Below are positions 61,693-64,000 of a DNA stretch of 64,000 nucleotides, piece after piece. The stretch's first letter is position 1; each line of letters starts with the position of its first letter. Below the pieces are notes generated by a model. That model was not told the origin of the DNA, did not search any database, and worked only from the letters and a program-made list of their open reading frames with translations. This stretch comes from the human T2T-CHM13v2.0 reference genome, Homo sapiens, in assembly GCF_009914755.1 (NCBI RefSeq), contig NC_060941.1. One strand, 5' to 3'. A program made the translations under genes and the position numbers.

Positions 61693-63002
61693 ACATTTTG
61701 AGGTGGGTGGGTACAGGGAGGTGGTCCAGGCAGAAGCAATGAGCCATCTCAAGGGGAAGTGCAGGGACCCAGGCCACTGTCAGGACCTCCTTTCTGGGCC
61801 CAGACCCCCTAGATGCCCTGGACCTAGTCTTTTGCTTCCTCTCCTGTATCCTTGCCCATCATCCTCTTCCTCTCCCTTTCTTTGTTCCATCCATTTCCCC
61901 TTTCTTCCCTGCTGATCCTTGCTCAGTTCTGTTGAGCCCTGGAGGCTGAAGACTGTGCTAACACTTCCCCACCACCCCCATGTGACTATGGGCCAAGAAC
62001 CAGCCTTCCAAATTGCTTTGACATCCACTGAGGAGCATGTTCCAGGAATATCAGCTGTTCAGCCGGTCTGCTAAAGGGCATGGTCAGAGCACCTGGCTTT
62101 TCCTGTGGGGAGAGGCTTCTGCAGGCAAACGCCTCTCCCTCCTCACTGCCCCTTATCCTGCTTCCCAGTCTGCATGGTCTCTTTTTTATTAAAGGAGACA
62201 GGGAGAGAGGCTGAGAGAGAGGGAGGGAAATATTAGAAATATTGTCACAACCTGCTCCCCGGCTTCACAGAAGGTAATCATCAGGAAAGAGACGAGAAGA
62301 GAACTGGGCTCTGTGGTTATCTCAGCTATTAGTAGGAGATTATTTGTTCATCAGCCTGTAAAAAGTTCCCAGCTTTGGCAAAGGTAATTACCAGCCTAGG
62401 TGGCTGGGCCAGGTCGGGACATGGGGGGAGGTGAAGCTGTCATTTCCAATTCACCAGCCTCCATTTGCTGTTTGGTCAAGAGGTTCAAATGAAAAGGTTA
62501 ATTAAGAATCAGAGGATTTGCTCATCAGGTTAAGTCATGTATACACAGCACAAAGGGCATGTCTATACATGATAACTGCTTTTAAAGAAACCAATTCAAT
62601 TCAGCATGCATTTGTTGACACACTCACCTCCCCCACCCCCAACACACTTACAACCTCTCGGGGTTAGGTGTGTGCTAGCCTCTTTGTTTGTTACAGGGGA
62701 TATGATAGCCGGTGAGGTATGGGTACTTGCTTGGGATATATGGCTCCCTCTGCAATGGAGATCAGCCCACAAATGTGGGGGCTCCAGTCAAACTAGCTAC
62801 TTGCCTACTGTGTGTCCCTTGGGCAAATAACTCTCTGTCTTGGAGGAGGTTAGAGTAGATCTGCAATTCCTAGTCATAATAGTCTGCGGATTGGGGAAAA
62901 GGAGATGCAATAGAACCATTCTGGACAACTTTTAAAAATATACTCCCTACAGGAATTCTGATAGTTGCCCTTCTCCCAATTTCATCCAAGTCTCTTGGTA
63001 CA

Positions 63003-63452
63003 TGTAGTGGATGCTGTAGAATGTCAACCTGGTCCCTCCTTCAGGATTGAGGTCCTCACTTCTCCAGTTGCAGCTAGGAGTATTGATAGATGATGTCTCT
63101 CAGCTAGGTCCCTCTCTAGGAATTGCCTCAGCCAAGGAGAGCCAAGTTCACTTCCTTGGGGCAGCCTGCATCAAACTGTGGATGTGGGGGTGTAAATACC
63201 CATTCCTTTTGCTTCAGGACAGGACAACTTAGAAGGCCATCCTAGCTCCAGAACTCCCGGTAGGCTTGGCTGGGACCCTTCATCCCAGCTCAGTTTCTCT
63301 CTCTGCCTAATCCCATTTCCTTCCCTCTCCTCCACACCCCCTTCCCTCTCCTCCCCACCCCAAGTTGTTGATGCCAAAAGCAACCTCAATAAATTTCCTG
63401 CATGAAAATATCCATTTCAGAGTCTGTTTCCCAGGAAACCCAACCCAAGGCA
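63003..63452 (+). mobile_element. Solo LTR16A-like (ERVL)
   Basis: tgtagtggatgctgt...aataaa...cagagtctgtttcccaggaaacccaacc...ca; TSD gtaca/gcaca. Confidence 0.85.
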
Positions 63453-64000
63453 GCACACACAAAAAATTGAGACTCACCAGATCCAATGATCGGCAGGAGC
63501 CGTTCATCCATTCAGCAAACGAGTGTTTGGCACCTATGTTAACTCTAGCCCTAGAAGACGTCCTGGGTGAGGAAAGATTCCAAGTGGGCCTCAAAGAGTG
63601 GGCAGAGTGTGGAAGGAGGAGGAGAGGCAATGAATTTAGTGGAATCATTGTGTGTTTTGGAGTGCACACGTGGAGTGACCAACTAGATGTCTGAAATTAT
63701 CCTGGAGTGCCGAATTACTAATTCCAGCTCTGGAGTGTCCCTATCTGACCTTTAGTGGGTGCAGGATTATTGCCTGTGGAAAATTCTGTCTTGCTTCTGC
63801 CATGTGTTATGTCCCAATGGCAACCTGTCCTCACACCCTACCTTTAAAGAGGTGATCTGTCTCCATCTCACAGCCAACATCAACAAGGGAAAGCTCCTAC
63901 CTCCATGGTATTATTTGCAGCCTTTGTTCTGAACCTATCAATCGCTTCACCCTCTTGGAATCTTCTCTGAATTGTTCCTGAGGCCTCAGCTGCCAGCCTC

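Overview
Primate, most likely human, non-coding genomic DNA. It is dense in interspersed repeats: about 33 Alu/FLAM copies, L1PA and L1M fragments, L2, MIR, an old L3/CR1 LINE, several solo LTRs and hAT/Tigger MITEs. I see no CpG island, no credible protein-coding exon, no tRNA/rRNA and no CRISPR array. The ORFs in the track are repeat-derived or chance frames. I cannot name the locus. Repeat family names come from remembered consensus sequences, not a database search, and boundaries of old repeats are approximate. Most notable: (1) a ~140-bp, ~80%-identical non-Alu inverted duplication at 50270-51092; (2) a young L1PA with an apparent 84-bp 3' transduction at 46468-46906; (3) a solo LTR12 with intact promoter layout and an AluY inserted in its CCAAT array; (4) a CR1/L3 fossil with readable RT motifs hosting nested insertions and paired AP-1 sites; (5) candidate CTCF sites and enhancer-like motif clusters. 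None of this establishes a new biological system; these are testable leads.
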